Positions 1 to 9,060 of a stretch of DNA of 64,000 bases are shown one piece after another. Source of the stretch: Alphaproteobacteria bacterium (GTDB taxonomy: Bacteria; Pseudomonadota; Alphaproteobacteria; UBA9219; RFNS01); NCBI GenBank assembly GCA_037200005.1, contig JBBCGY010000001.1:889812-953811 (forward strand), given 5' to 3'. Both the position numbers and the translations under genes were made by a program. The notes below the pieces were generated by a model. It ran no database searches. It was given only the letters and a program-made list of their open reading frames with translations, and was not told the DNA's origin. Each line of letters starts with the position of its first letter. The stretch's first letter is position 1.

Positions 1-364
1 TGAATTGGCGATAACGCAGCTTGTGCAATTGGGAAAGAACATCGCCATATTCATGGGCATTTTCGATATTGATAGCATAGAGCATATCGTTCCCCCTACC
101 AGTAGTAGGGTGTCATAACGGAACACATGTCCTAAAAATAGCTACGAATGTTCGTAGGATTGAGGGCGGCCTCTGTCCGGTTCTGAAATTTTGCAAAGAA
201 TGCGATAGCAAAAAGAACGGCGAAAAAGTTTGCGGCAAGATGCGCCCCGCTATTGGCGCTGGGCGGTCGATGCGTTGGATGGGGGAGCTATGCGAAACTC
301 TCAACGAAACGCTGAACAGAAATAAATAGCGTCTATAAGAGAAAGAGCAACGCATTGAATTCAT

Positions 365-439
365 TGGAGCGGGCGAAGGGATTCGAACCCTCGACCCCAA
401 CCTTGGCAAGGTTGTGCTCTACCCCTGAGCTACGCCCGC
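365..439 (-). tRNA. tRNA-Gly (anticodon GCC)
   Basis: Minus-strand read GCGGGCGTAGCTCAGGGGTAGAGCACAACCTTGCCAAGGTTGGGGTCGAGGGTTCGAATCCCTTCGCCCGCTCCA. 7-bp acceptor stem, GGTTCGAATCC T-arm, anticodon loop TTGCCAA, CCA encoded. Confidence 0.9.
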
Positions 440-666
440 ACTCCAAGGGCCGCAGCTTGCCTTCGGCGGCGCGGCAGGTCAAGTGCCAAAACGCGTCAAA
501 AACCGTGACAAGCGACAAAAAGCGGTTTCGGCCCGCTGCCGTTTTATCTTGGTTTCCCGATAGTTGGAGGCCACTTGAAATATGCGATTTCCATACGATC
601 TCATACCTGATACATGGTTACCGCAGCCCATGACCAACCATTGATCAACCATAACGAAGCCATGCC

Positions 667-1610
667 ATGCTGACCGCCGCCACGTCTCAACCGGTTTCCG
701 CCGCGCCGTCCGATCTTATCAAAGATACGGATTATAACGGCTTCATGCGCGACGTCGTCGAGGCGTCGCTCAAGGTTCCGATCATCGTCGATTTCTGGGC
801 GCCATGGTGCGGCCCATGCAAACAGCTCGGCCCGCTGCTCGAGAAAATCGTCCTGAGCCTTAAAGGCGCGGTGCGGATGGTCAAGATCGATATCGACGCC
901 AGCCCGGAGATCGCGCAGCAGTTTCGCGTTCAATCCATTCCCGCCGTCTATGCGTTCTTTCAGGGACGGCCGGTCGACGGGTTCATGGGCGTTCTGCCGG
1001 AAAGCCAGATCAAGCAGTGGATCGAGCGCATCCTCAAGGTCGCCGCGCCGGAGCCGCCGCGCCGGGCGCACAAAATCCGCTGGCGGAAATAGAAACCGCG
1101 CTGAAGCATGCGGGCGAATTGCTTGCATCCGGCGATTGGCAAGGCGCTCAGGACATCTATAGCGATATCGCCGGTCTCGATCCGGACAATGCCGTTGCCT
1201 ATGCGGGATTAGTCCGCAGCATGATCGTGGGCGGGCATATGGAGCAGGCCAAGACCATGCTTGCTTCCGCGCCGCCGTCGGTTGCCAAGGACAAAGCGCT
1301 GGATCAGGCGCGTTCGGCCCTCGAACTTGCCGAGCAAGCCGCGCAGGCCGGGCCGGTGCAGGAGTTGGAAGCCAAGGCGGCGTCGTCGCCGAACGATCAT
1401 CAGGCGCGTTATGATCTCGCCATGGCTCTTGTGGCGGCGGGCAGAAAAGAAGAAGCGGTCGATCATCTGCTCGAAATCGTCCAGCGCCAGCGCGCCTGGA
1501 ACGAGGAAGCGGCGCGCAAGCAGCTGGTCAAGCTTTTTGAAGTTTTCGGCCCGGCCGATCCGTTGACCGTCAGCGCGCGCAAGCGTTTGTCCTCTATCCT
1601 GTTCGCATAG
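667..1610 (+). CDS. Thioredoxin-domain plus TPR co-chaperone (YbbN/CnoX-like). Apparent single-base frameshift near 1050-1070 joins ORFs 667-1092 and 1017-1610.
   Basis: N-terminal WCGPC thioredoxin motif (VDFWAPWCGPCKQL). C-terminal TPR-like helical region in the second frame. The two frames overlap by 75 nt in a GC run (gagccgccgcgccgggcg). Confidence 0.7.
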
Positions 1611-1611
1611 C

Positions 1612-2289
1612 ATGGGCGACGCCGTATCCCATAGGCTGACCTTGCCGTTCGCCACGCTCGAATTGCCGGAAACGCTGCCTTTATTCGTGTTGCCGAGCAT
1701 CCTGTTGCTACCGCGCGGGCGCCTGCCGCTTAATATTTTCGAGCCGCGCTATCTCGCTTTGGTGGATGACGCGCTTTCGCAGGGGCGGATGATGGGCATC
1801 GTGCAGCAAATGGAGCCTCAGGCCGAAGGCGATGCCGTGTCGCTCTATAAAGTCGGCTGCATGGGCAGGATCATGAGCTTCTCGGAAACGGAGAAGGGGA
1901 ATTACCTGCTTTCGCTTCAGGGCGTTTCGCGTTTCGGGCTGGGGGAGGAATTGCCGTCCAGGAATGGCTATCGCCGGACGCGCGCGGATTTTACGCTTTA
2001 CGCCGACGATCAAGCCGAAGCGCCGCACGGCGTCGTGGAGCGCGGACGGCTGTTCGCGGGCGTTGCGTCATTATTTCAAGATCAACAGCATTACCGCGAA
2101 TTGGGATGTCATCCAGGAGACGTCCGACGACAGCCTGATTATTTCCCTGGCGATGACCTGCCCGTTCGCGCCGTGGGAGCATCAGGCGCTTTTGGAAGCG
2201 CCGACGCTGGCCGAGCGCGCCAGGCTTCTCCTCACGCTCATCGAAATGACCACGGCTCGACCGGCAGCACGACCGGGAAGAGATCGTGA
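1612..2289 (+). CDS. Lon protease N-terminal (LON substrate-binding) domain protein. The C-terminal half reads in another frame (shift near 2050-2080) and the true stop is unclear.
   Basis: [32 protein letters not shown] matches the Lon-N domain. Downstream Lon-N-like sequence ([20 protein letters not shown]...[28 protein letters not shown]) lies in the frame of ORF 1964-2503. Confidence 0.55.
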   Translation: MGDAVSHRLTLPFATLELPETLPLFVLPSILLLPRGRLPLNIFEPRYLALVDDALSQGRMMGIVQQMEPQAEGDAVSLYKVGCMGRIMSFSETEKGNYLLSLQGVSRFGLGEELPSRNGYRRTRADFTLYADDQAEAPHGVVERGRLFAGVASLFQDQQHYRELGCHPGDVRRQPDYFPGDDLPVRAVGASGAFGSADAGRARQASPHAHRNDHGSTGSTTGKRS

Positions 2290-2296
2290 GGCATTG

Positions 2297-2503
2297 ATGG
2301 CGGCGGAAACCAAACCTGCCGAAGCTGGGCGCGCGATCGATCCGCGGCTTCTTGAAATCCTGGTATGCCCTTTGACCAAGGGCGAGCTGACTTATGACGC
2401 GATGCGTGGGGAACTGGTCAGCGCCAAGGCGGGCCTTGCCTATCCTATCCGCGACGGCATCCCGATCATGCTGATCGACGAGGCGCGCAAGATCGAGGAC
2501 TGA
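2297..2503 (+). CDS. Trm112/YcaR-family small protein (UPF0434)
   Basis: MAAETKP...[17 protein letters not shown]...[18 protein letters not shown] is the Trm112 zinc-ribbon-like signature. ATG at 2297. Confidence 0.7.
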   Translation: MAAETKPAEAGRAIDPRLLEILVCPLTKGELTYDAMRGELVSAKAGLAYPIRDGIPIMLIDEARKIED

Positions 2504-2541
2504 GGGCGGGCAATCAATCCTTCCCCGCCATCGCCCCGGCC

Positions 2542-2985
2542 TTATGCACGATGACTTGCACCTCGATGCTGCCCGCTTTTTCGAAGCGCAGGATGAGGGG
2601 GGAATTTGTCGCCTTCCTTGAGCGGATTTTTCAAGCCCATCAGCATGATGTGCTTGCCGCCGGGTCGCATGGCGGCCGGCTGATGCGGCTCCAGTTCCAG
2701 CGCATCGAGATGGCGCATCGTGGCGACGCCGTTTTCGACGGCGCTTTCGTGGATCATCGCCATGTCGGCGGCAGGGGTGCTGACCTCGACTAACTTATCC
2801 GGCGCATCGCCGTTGTTGAGCAGCGGAACATAGGCCGCGCCGTTCTCGGCTTTCGCGGACGTGGCGCGCGCCCAGATATGCCCGATTTGTATATCACCTT
2901 GCCGGTAGCTGTGAGCGTGGGCGAGGGGCGCGGCAAGCAAAAGCGCAGATAGCAACGCCGGGGCCAATAGTCTTGCAATCATCAT
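2542..2985 (-). CDS. Periplasmic copper chaperone PCu(A)C (DUF461)
   Basis: Signal peptide MMIARLLAPALLSALLLAAPLAHA followed by ...GHIWARA...MAMIHE...GGKHIMLMGLK, typical of PCuAC. Confidence 0.65.
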   Translation of the reverse strand: MMIARLLAPALLSALLLAAPLAHAHSYRQGDIQIGHIWARATSAKAENGAAYVPLLNNGDAPDKLVEVSTPAADMAMIHESAVENGVATMRHLDALELEPHQPAAMRPGGKHIMLMGLKNPLKEGDKFPPHPALRKSGQHRGASHRA

Positions 2986-3635
2986 GAGTTCACCAGAAAA
3001 CCGTTCCTTGTCCCATGCCCGCATCCCCCATGGTAAGGCCGCGCGCGACGGCGGGGCGTTCGGCGATCATGTCGTACCAGCGGCGGATGTGGGGATAATC
3101 GTCGAGGCTCTGGCCGACACGGGGCATGGTCGCGGATGAAAGGCCAGGTCGCTATGTCGGCAATCGAATAGTCGTCGCCGAGATAATCCCACGCCGCCAA
3201 ATGCCGGTTCAGCACGCCATAGAGGCGGGCGATCTCCCGGGTAAAGCGGTCGATGGCGTAAGGAACTTTTTCGCCCGCGAAGGTGCGGAAATAATGCGCT
3301 TAGGCCCGCCGAAGGGCCGAGGCCGCTGACTTGCCAGAACAGCCATTGCAGCACCCGCATCCGCGCCGCTTGCCCGGTCGGCAGGAACCGGCCTGCTTTT
3401 TCCGCGAGATAGATGAGGATCGCGCCGCTTTCAAAAACCGCCAGCGATCCCCCAGCGCGTCGTGATCGACGATGGCGGGGATTTTGTTATTGGGATTGAT
3501 GGCGAGAAATTCAGGGCGGAACTGCTCGCCCTGCTGGATGTCGACCTTTTTCAGCGCATAGGGCAGCCCGCACTCCTCCAGCATGATCGTGATCTTGAAG
3601 CCGTTCGGTGTCGGGTAATAATAAAGGTCAATCAT
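2982..3635 (-). pseudogene. Glutathione S-transferase split over three frames (two frameshifts). Could be sequencing error rather than true decay.
   Basis: GST N-domain in ORF 3300-3635 ([32 protein letters not shown]). GST C-domain pieces in ORFs 3067-3360 and 2982-3215 (YLGDDYSIADIATWPFI). Confidence 0.5.
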
Positions 3636-3675
3636 TCCGGAAGTTTAACGGCAGACGCGTGCAACAAGCAAGGCA

Positions 3676-3707
3676 CAAAAAAAGCCCCGCCGCGAGGCGG
3701 GGCTTTT
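3676..3707. terminator. Bidirectional rho-independent terminator after the phasin gene
   Basis: A8 run, hairpin GCCCCGCC-GCGA-GGCGGGGC at 3684-3703, then TTTT. Confidence 0.65.
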
Positions 3708-3740
3708 ATAGAGTTCTATCGTATTCAGTCCCTTGGCTTT

Positions 3741-4187
3741 TTAGGCGGCCTTCGAGGGCTGAGTGATCGTTTCGACGATCTCGTTGACCCGCTGGCTGAT
3801 CGGCGCGATCGCCTGGCTGGCGGTGCGGGTGGAGATTTCGGTCATCTTCGTGGTTTCGGCCATGGAGTTATCCATCCAGCTGCGCATCAGACCGCTTTGC
3901 AGGTCGACAAGCTCGCGCAGTGTTTTGACGGCAAGCATTTGCTTGCTGACGGTCATGGATTGTTCCATGACGCCTTGCACCCATCCCATCGTATTCTTGG
4001 TGATTTCTTCACAGCCCTTGGCCACGATCGTGCAGGACTGCACCATGGCGTCCATATTGCTGCGTCCGATACAGGCCATCTTTTCCATCTGGTCGCTGGC
4101 CGTCTTCATGGCCGCTTCGGCAGCCCGCATCGTCGTTTCGGCCTGTTTGCTGGCCGCTTCTTGCCCTGTTTTCATCATAGACTCCAT
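3741..4187 (-). CDS. Phasin-family PHA granule-associated protein
   Basis: 148-aa Ala/Met/Gln-rich helical protein. Composition and length are typical of phasins (MMKTGQEAASKQAETTMRAAEAAMKT...). Confidence 0.65.
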   Translation of the reverse strand: MESMMKTGQEAASKQAETTMRAAEAAMKTASDQMEKMACIGRSNMDAMVQSCTIVAKGCEEITKNTMGWVQGVMEQSMTVSKQMLAVKTLRELVDLQSGLMRSWMDNSMAETTKMTEISTRTASQAIAPISQRVNEIVETITQPSKAA

Positions 4188-4343
4188 CTTGGGCGTTGGC
4201 GGGCGCAGCGAGCGCCACGAGTTTGCTATTTCTAGTCATGAGTGCATTCCTTGTATGTTCTACACCGTTCAGCGCATTATTGCTGAATATTTCAGGCGCA
4301 GACCAACAAAGGAAGATATGCCAAAGCCGACATATATCAATAT

Positions 4344-4357
4344 GCTGCACTGCAGCG
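4344..4357. promoter_or_regulatory. 13-nt palindrome GCTGCACTGCAGC in the phasin/dacC divergent intergenic region
   Basis: Perfect odd palindrome inside a 390-bp AT-rich intergenic region. Confidence 0.25.
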
Positions 4358-4579
4358 CGAAATCTACGGCTAATCGAATTTTGGAGTCAAGAGGAATCTT
4401 GGTATCGAAACGATTCCAAACCCTTTATCCGGGAATATTATGAAAAAACACAACTTATCTTTTTGAGAGGCCAGGCGCTTTTAATGCTTTCCTTGGCCGG
4501 AAAATTACGAAATAGTTGATTTTCGTTAACAATCGCTTCGTAATGATTCGTTATCCTAGGTCGGGGCGTAAGAAACTGC

Positions 4580-5911
4580 ATGATTATAAAATACATTAAA
4601 ATCATTGTGTTATCCTTATTCTTGGGCGTGCTGACATCCGCCGCCCAAGCCGATGATCGTTACGCTTCGATTGTCGTCGATGCCAAAAGCGGAAAGGTCG
4701 TCCAGTCGTATAATTCTGAAAGCCTGCGTCATCCTGCTTCGCTGACGAAGATGATGACCCTTTATATGACGTTTAAGGCGCTTAAGCAGGGAAAGCTGCG
4801 CGGCAATGAGGGTTTGCGCGTCTCTTCTTACGCGGCAGCGCAATCGCCTTCGAAGCTCGGACTGAAGCCGGGCGGAGTCTTGCGGGTTCGCGATGCGATT
4901 TTGGCGCTTATCGTTCAATCGGCTAACGACGCGGCCGTGACCCTGGGCGAGGAGATCGGAGGCAGCGAGGAAAATTTCGCGCGCATGATGACACAGCAGG
5001 CCAAAGAACTCGGCATGACCCGAACGGTTTTCTATAACGCTTCCGGTCTGCCCGACGACCGGCAAGTAACCACGGCCAGGGATATGGCCATTCTTGCCCG
5101 CGCGCTGCTTTTTAATTTCCCCGAGCATTACCGTTTATTCAGCACGCGGGATTTCAAGTATCGCGGGGTGCTTCATGCGAACCACAATCACTTAATGTCG
5201 CGCTATCCCGGCATGGATGGGATTAAAACAGGCTATATAAGGGCTTCCGGATTTAATCTTGTGGCTTCCGCGGTTCGGGGGAAAACGCGGCTTATCGGCG
5301 TTATTTTCGGTGGCGAGACGGCGCGGGGACGCGATAACGATATGGCGGCGCTGCTGAATGACAGCTTCGCCAAAAGCGCGGCATTGCTGACCTCTCAAGC
5401 GGCAACGCCGGTGCCCGCGGTGAAAGTCGCCGATGCCGCCGCGGCTCAAGCGGCATTCGCCGCGGCGCCGGCGGCAGCGGCTCCTTACGGGGCGGGCGAT
5501 ACCGTTGAGGATGTTATTACTGAAAATAATAAAACTGAACCGACGCCTGTGGCAATATCAACACAGCCGTCTCCGCCATCTTCCCAGCCTGTTTTACAGC
5601 CGGAGAAAAGCTCCGCGGAGAGCGCAGCGCCTCGCGCTCAGTCATGGGCGATTCAAATCGGCGCTTTCCGCAATCGTGCCGCCGCCGAGAAGGCGGTAGG
5701 GCGCATCGGCCAGTATTTGCCTAAGGATTTGGCCTCCGCGCGCTATCAGGTCGTTCGGGTCGCGGCCAAGTCCGGCACGGTTTATCGCTCCCGCTTGATC
5801 GATCTCGATGAAAGCGCGGCGCGCGCTATTTGCCGCATGCGGCACAGCGCGGCGAGGTCTGTGCCATTATTTCGCCTTCAGAATAGTATAAACGAGTATG
5901 TGGGGTGTTAA
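4580..5911 (+). CDS. D-alanyl-D-alanine carboxypeptidase (PBP5/6 family) with C-terminal SPOR domain
   Basis: Signal peptide. SxxK active site (ASLTKMMT), SxN (QSANDA) and KTG motifs. C-terminal WAIQIGAFRNRAAAEKA...YRSRL is a SPOR repeat. Confidence 0.85.
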   Translation: MIIKYIKIIVLSLFLGVLTSAAQADDRYASIVVDAKSGKVVQSYNSESLRHPASLTKMMTLYMTFKALKQGKLRGNEGLRVSSYAAAQSPSKLGLKPGGVLRVRDAILALIVQSANDAAVTLGEEIGGSEENFARMMTQQAKELGMTRTVFYNASGLPDDRQVTTARDMAILARALLFNFPEHYRLFSTRDFKYRGVLHANHNHLMSRYPGMDGIKTGYIRASGFNLVASAVRGKTRLIGVIFGGETARGRDNDMAALLNDSFAKSAALLTSQAATPVPAVKVADAAAAQAAFAAAPAAAAPYGAGDTVEDVITENNKTEPTPVAISTQPSPPSSQPVLQPEKSSAESAAPRAQSWAIQIGAFRNRAAAEKAVGRIGQYLPKDLASARYQVVRVAAKSGTVYRSRLIDLDESAARAICRMRHSAARSVPLFRLQNSINEYVGC

Positions 5912-5936
5912 CCAATTCTAAACCCCGCCAATTCTA
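5912..5936 (+). promoter_or_regulatory. Direct repeat CCAATTCTA-N7-CCAATTCTA upstream of the secretin gene
   Basis: Exact 9-bp direct repeats at 5912-5920 and 5928-5936, followed by a T-rich AT-rich stretch about 80 nt before the secretin start. Confidence 0.25.
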
Positions 5937-6018
5937 CTTTTTCACGTTGGGGTATTTTTTACCGGTTTTTCAAAACATTCCACCCATTCGTTAAGTCATT
6001 TTCTTATCAGAAAGAGCC

Positions 6019-7755
6019 ATGATTTCCGGTCCGTTCAGGATCGACGCCATGGGATGGAAGGATGTATTGGTGCCGCGAAATCTTGCCTCACTGACATTGG
6101 GTTGCGCCACGGTGCTGCTGCTTACGCTGTCGGCGTGCGGCGACGTCCATGTGCCGGAGGCCAAATCACTCATTGGCCGGAGGCCGGCCTTGCCGGAGGT
6201 GCCGCAGCCTGATGAAACCGTGCGCGGCGAGGACGATCCCGCCGTCGTTACGTTGAAAATCGGCCGTACCTTGCATGAACGGTATCTCGGACGCGCCGAT
6301 GATTTGCCGAGCGATGTCATCATTCCGCCGACCACTTTGCAGAATGTGCCGGTTACGGCGGCGCTCGAAGCTGTTCTGGCGGGCACGGACTTTTCGCTTT
6401 CATACACGGAAGGCGATTATTCGGACCGGCTCGCGACGCTGGTGAATCTTCGCGGGCCCTTGCCGAAAGTCGTGCAGCGAATTTGCTCGGCGGCCAAGAT
6501 TTTCTGCATTGCCCGCGACGGCAATCTGGAACTGAAAGAAGAACAGAATTTTATCATCGAGCTGCCGCCTATCGAGCGTCATGGAACCGGCGGCGGCGTT
6601 GCCGCCACCAATACGATTGCCGACGCCATTTCCGCGCTTGCCGGAAAGCCTGTCAAGCAGGACGAAGCGGGCGGCAATCTTATCTATACGACGACCGTCG
6701 AAGGCCAGGAGCGCGTGAGCAAATATCTGGAGCAGTTGCGGCATGGAAGGCCGCTGATCGTGCTGCAGATGTATATCTGGGAGGTGTCGCTCGATTCCGA
6801 AGCGGCGGCCGGAATCAATTGGAAGAATCTCAACGTGTCCAAGCTCGGCGGCGACTGGCAAAGCCTGGCGATCAATTCCGGCGCGAGCACCTTTGCCGCC
6901 GCGACCGGCGGCGTCAGCGTGGGCGCGGTCTTAAGCGGAAAGGTCGGCGCGGAGATCATCGCCAACTTCCTGGCCACCCAAGGCGAGGTGCAAACGATCA
7001 GCGATCCGCAGCTGACCTTCGTATCGGGATCGTCCGCCGAATTTCGCGTCGGCGGCACCCGCAGCTATGTTTCCCAGGTCGGACAGCTGACTTCCAATAA
7101 TGTCTCGGGCTCTTCATCGAGCGCCAACGGCATCGGCACCAATACCGTATCGACCGATAAAATCGAAACCGGGCTGAAAATCAATGTCAACGGCTCTTAT
7201 GAATCGGGCGTGGTGTTTTCTACCCTCGAGGTGAACATTACCGATTTGATCAGGATCGATTCGGTCCAAACGGGGGAAACGACCCTGCAGCTGCCCGAAA
7301 CCAGCAACCGCAATTTCACCACGGTATTGCGTGTGCGTCCCGGCGACAGCATGGTGCTGGCGGGCATGACGTCGTCGCGCGACGATTCGGTTCGCGACCG
7401 CCTGAACATACCTTTGATCAACCGGATACCGCTTAACCGCGACGACCAGAAGCAGAACCGGGAATTGGTGGTCATGCTCAAGCCGTCGCTCATTTTCTTT
7501 GCCGACGCCAAGACCGTGGAAGATCGGCAGCGCGAGGAAGCCCCGTCCATGCCGGTGAAAGCCGGCGTTGAAAACAACGCCATAGCGCCGCAACAATCCA
7601 TCCCGGTCTCGCAAACGGACAAGCCGCAATTACCGTCGGCTGTCGGCGTGGCCGATGGCTTGGCTATCGATAAGGAATGGATGCAGCAGGGATTTGCTTC
7701 CGCCCTCGCCGAGTTATCGGGAGAGCCGCCGCAGACAGGGCGGGGACAGCCATGA
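6019..7755 (+). CDS. Secretin (GspD/PilQ/TcpC superfamily) with N-terminal lipoprotein signal
   Basis: Lipobox LLLTLSAC. C-terminal secretin domain (LIVLQMYIWEVSLD...VLRVRPGDSMVLAGMTSSRDDSVRDRLNIPLINRIPLNRDDQKQNRELVVMLKPSLI). Confidence 0.8.
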   Translation: MISGPFRIDAMGWKDVLVPRNLASLTLGCATVLLLTLSACGDVHVPEAKSLIGRRPALPEVPQPDETVRGEDDPAVVTLKIGRTLHERYLGRADDLPSDVIIPPTTLQNVPVTAALEAVLAGTDFSLSYTEGDYSDRLATLVNLRGPLPKVVQRICSAAKIFCIARDGNLELKEEQNFIIELPPIERHGTGGGVAATNTIADAISALAGKPVKQDEAGGNLIYTTTVEGQERVSKYLEQLRHGRPLIVLQMYIWEVSLDSEAAAGINWKNLNVSKLGGDWQSLAINSGASTFAAATGGVSVGAVLSGKVGAEIIANFLATQGEVQTISDPQLTFVSGSSAEFRVGGTRSYVSQVGQLTSNNVSGSSSSANGIGTNTVSTDKIETGLKINVNGSYESGVVFSTLEVNITDLIRIDSVQTGETTLQLPETSNRNFTTVLRVRPGDSMVLAGMTSSRDDSVRDRLNIPLINRIPLNRDDQKQNRELVVMLKPSLIFFADAKTVEDRQREEAPSMPVKAGVENNAIAPQQSIPVSQTDKPQLPSAVGVADGLAIDKEWMQQGFASALAELSGEPPQTGRGQP

Positions 7756-9014
7756 AGCGGTGGTGGATTGTCATGGCCGTGATGGCGATTGTCCTGGGGC
7801 AATCGGGGGGACGGGCGTACGCCGCCCGCGACGCATCCTTCATCGAACCCGGGGCGTTGACGACCAAGGGGAATGTCGCCGAGGCCATCGTCGCCGATCC
7901 TAAATTATACGATGCCGGCGAGACCATGATTGGAATCGCCCGGCGCATCACGATGTTTTTCGTCAATACCAACAGCGGAACGGTCACGATCGGCGAGATC
8001 TCCGCTGCCGGGGACGGCAATGTTACGGTGCAGATTCTCGACAACGACTGCAAGAGAAACGGCAAGCTGGTGGGATTCAGCCGTTGCACCGTCGTCCTGT
8101 CGATTACGCCGACCAGCGTCGGCCCGTGGAGCGTCGAAACCTTGGTCGAGCATGACGGCTCGGGACGGCTGGCGCGCGGCATCGTCACGGGCAAGGCGCA
8201 GATCGATCCCAGGGCGCTCAGGTCCGCGGAAGGACTCAATCTTACCAGCAAAGAAGTCAAGGCGGTGGATTTCAATGATGTCAGCGCCGACGGCGAAGGC
8301 GCGGTGCGAACCGCCCTCATGGTCAATGACAGTCCCGAGAATATAACCTTGCTGTCGATTGAGGTCATCGCGGCCGGACGAGGCCTGGAAAGACTCGACC
8401 AAGGCTGCGCCGTCAATCAAATGCTCAAACCCGATGAGTCTTGTCCCATCACGTTGCGGTGGCAACCGCAGGACAAGGGGGCGATTTCAACCGATTTGAT
8501 CGTGCGTCATACCGGCAAGGCCGGTTTTACGGTTATTCCCGTGCGCGGGCGCTCACAAGGCGGAACGAAAGTCGAGAGCGCCGCCAAGGAAACCCGCATA
8601 ACGCCTTCAACCGGCACCCCGGCCCCTCCCACGGCGGCTGAAATCGAACATCTCGCGGGCAAGCTTCCCGCCGTCGCCGCCATCGATCTGGGCAGCGACC
8701 GGGTCAAGAGCCCCGCGAAAAGCGATAGCGAGATATATTTCATCGGCGCTGTCGGCGACCGGGCCATATTCCAGCGCGATGGAATCACCAAAGTGCTTGC
8801 GATCGACAGCGAAACCGAACTGTCGGGAGCGCATGTCAGGCTGATCGAGATTTCCGGCAAAGTCGCCACCGTCGAGGTCGATGGCCGCCGCAAATATTTG
8901 AAATTGGGCTCTTCCGGTTATCGGCCTTCTTCATCTTTGGTTAAGAAAGACAAGGCTGTTTCTGAAAAAAAGGATGCCGCGTCAAGTAATTCGCAATCTT
9001 CTTTTGGTAAATAA
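7753..9014 (+). CDS. Secreted periplasmic/outer-membrane-associated protein of the pilus operon. Function unknown.
   Basis: Start ATGA-overlaps the secretin stop. Signal peptide MKRWWIVMAVMAIVLGQSGGRAYA. Two internally similar Cys-pair modules (C..C then beta-rich segment). Confidence 0.5.
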
Positions 9015-9060
9015 AATGGTAACAGCGGCGATTCCGGTGGGTGCGCAATCATAATGGCAC

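Noticed and set aside
1-60. Possible start of a minus-strand gene running off the window start (atgcccatgaat... on the minus strand)
   Set aside because: Only about 20 codons are visible. Cannot be supported.
3462-4235. 257-aa plus-strand ORF overlapping the phasin gene
   Set aside because: Antisense to phasin. Gly/Arg/His-rich low-complexity translation.
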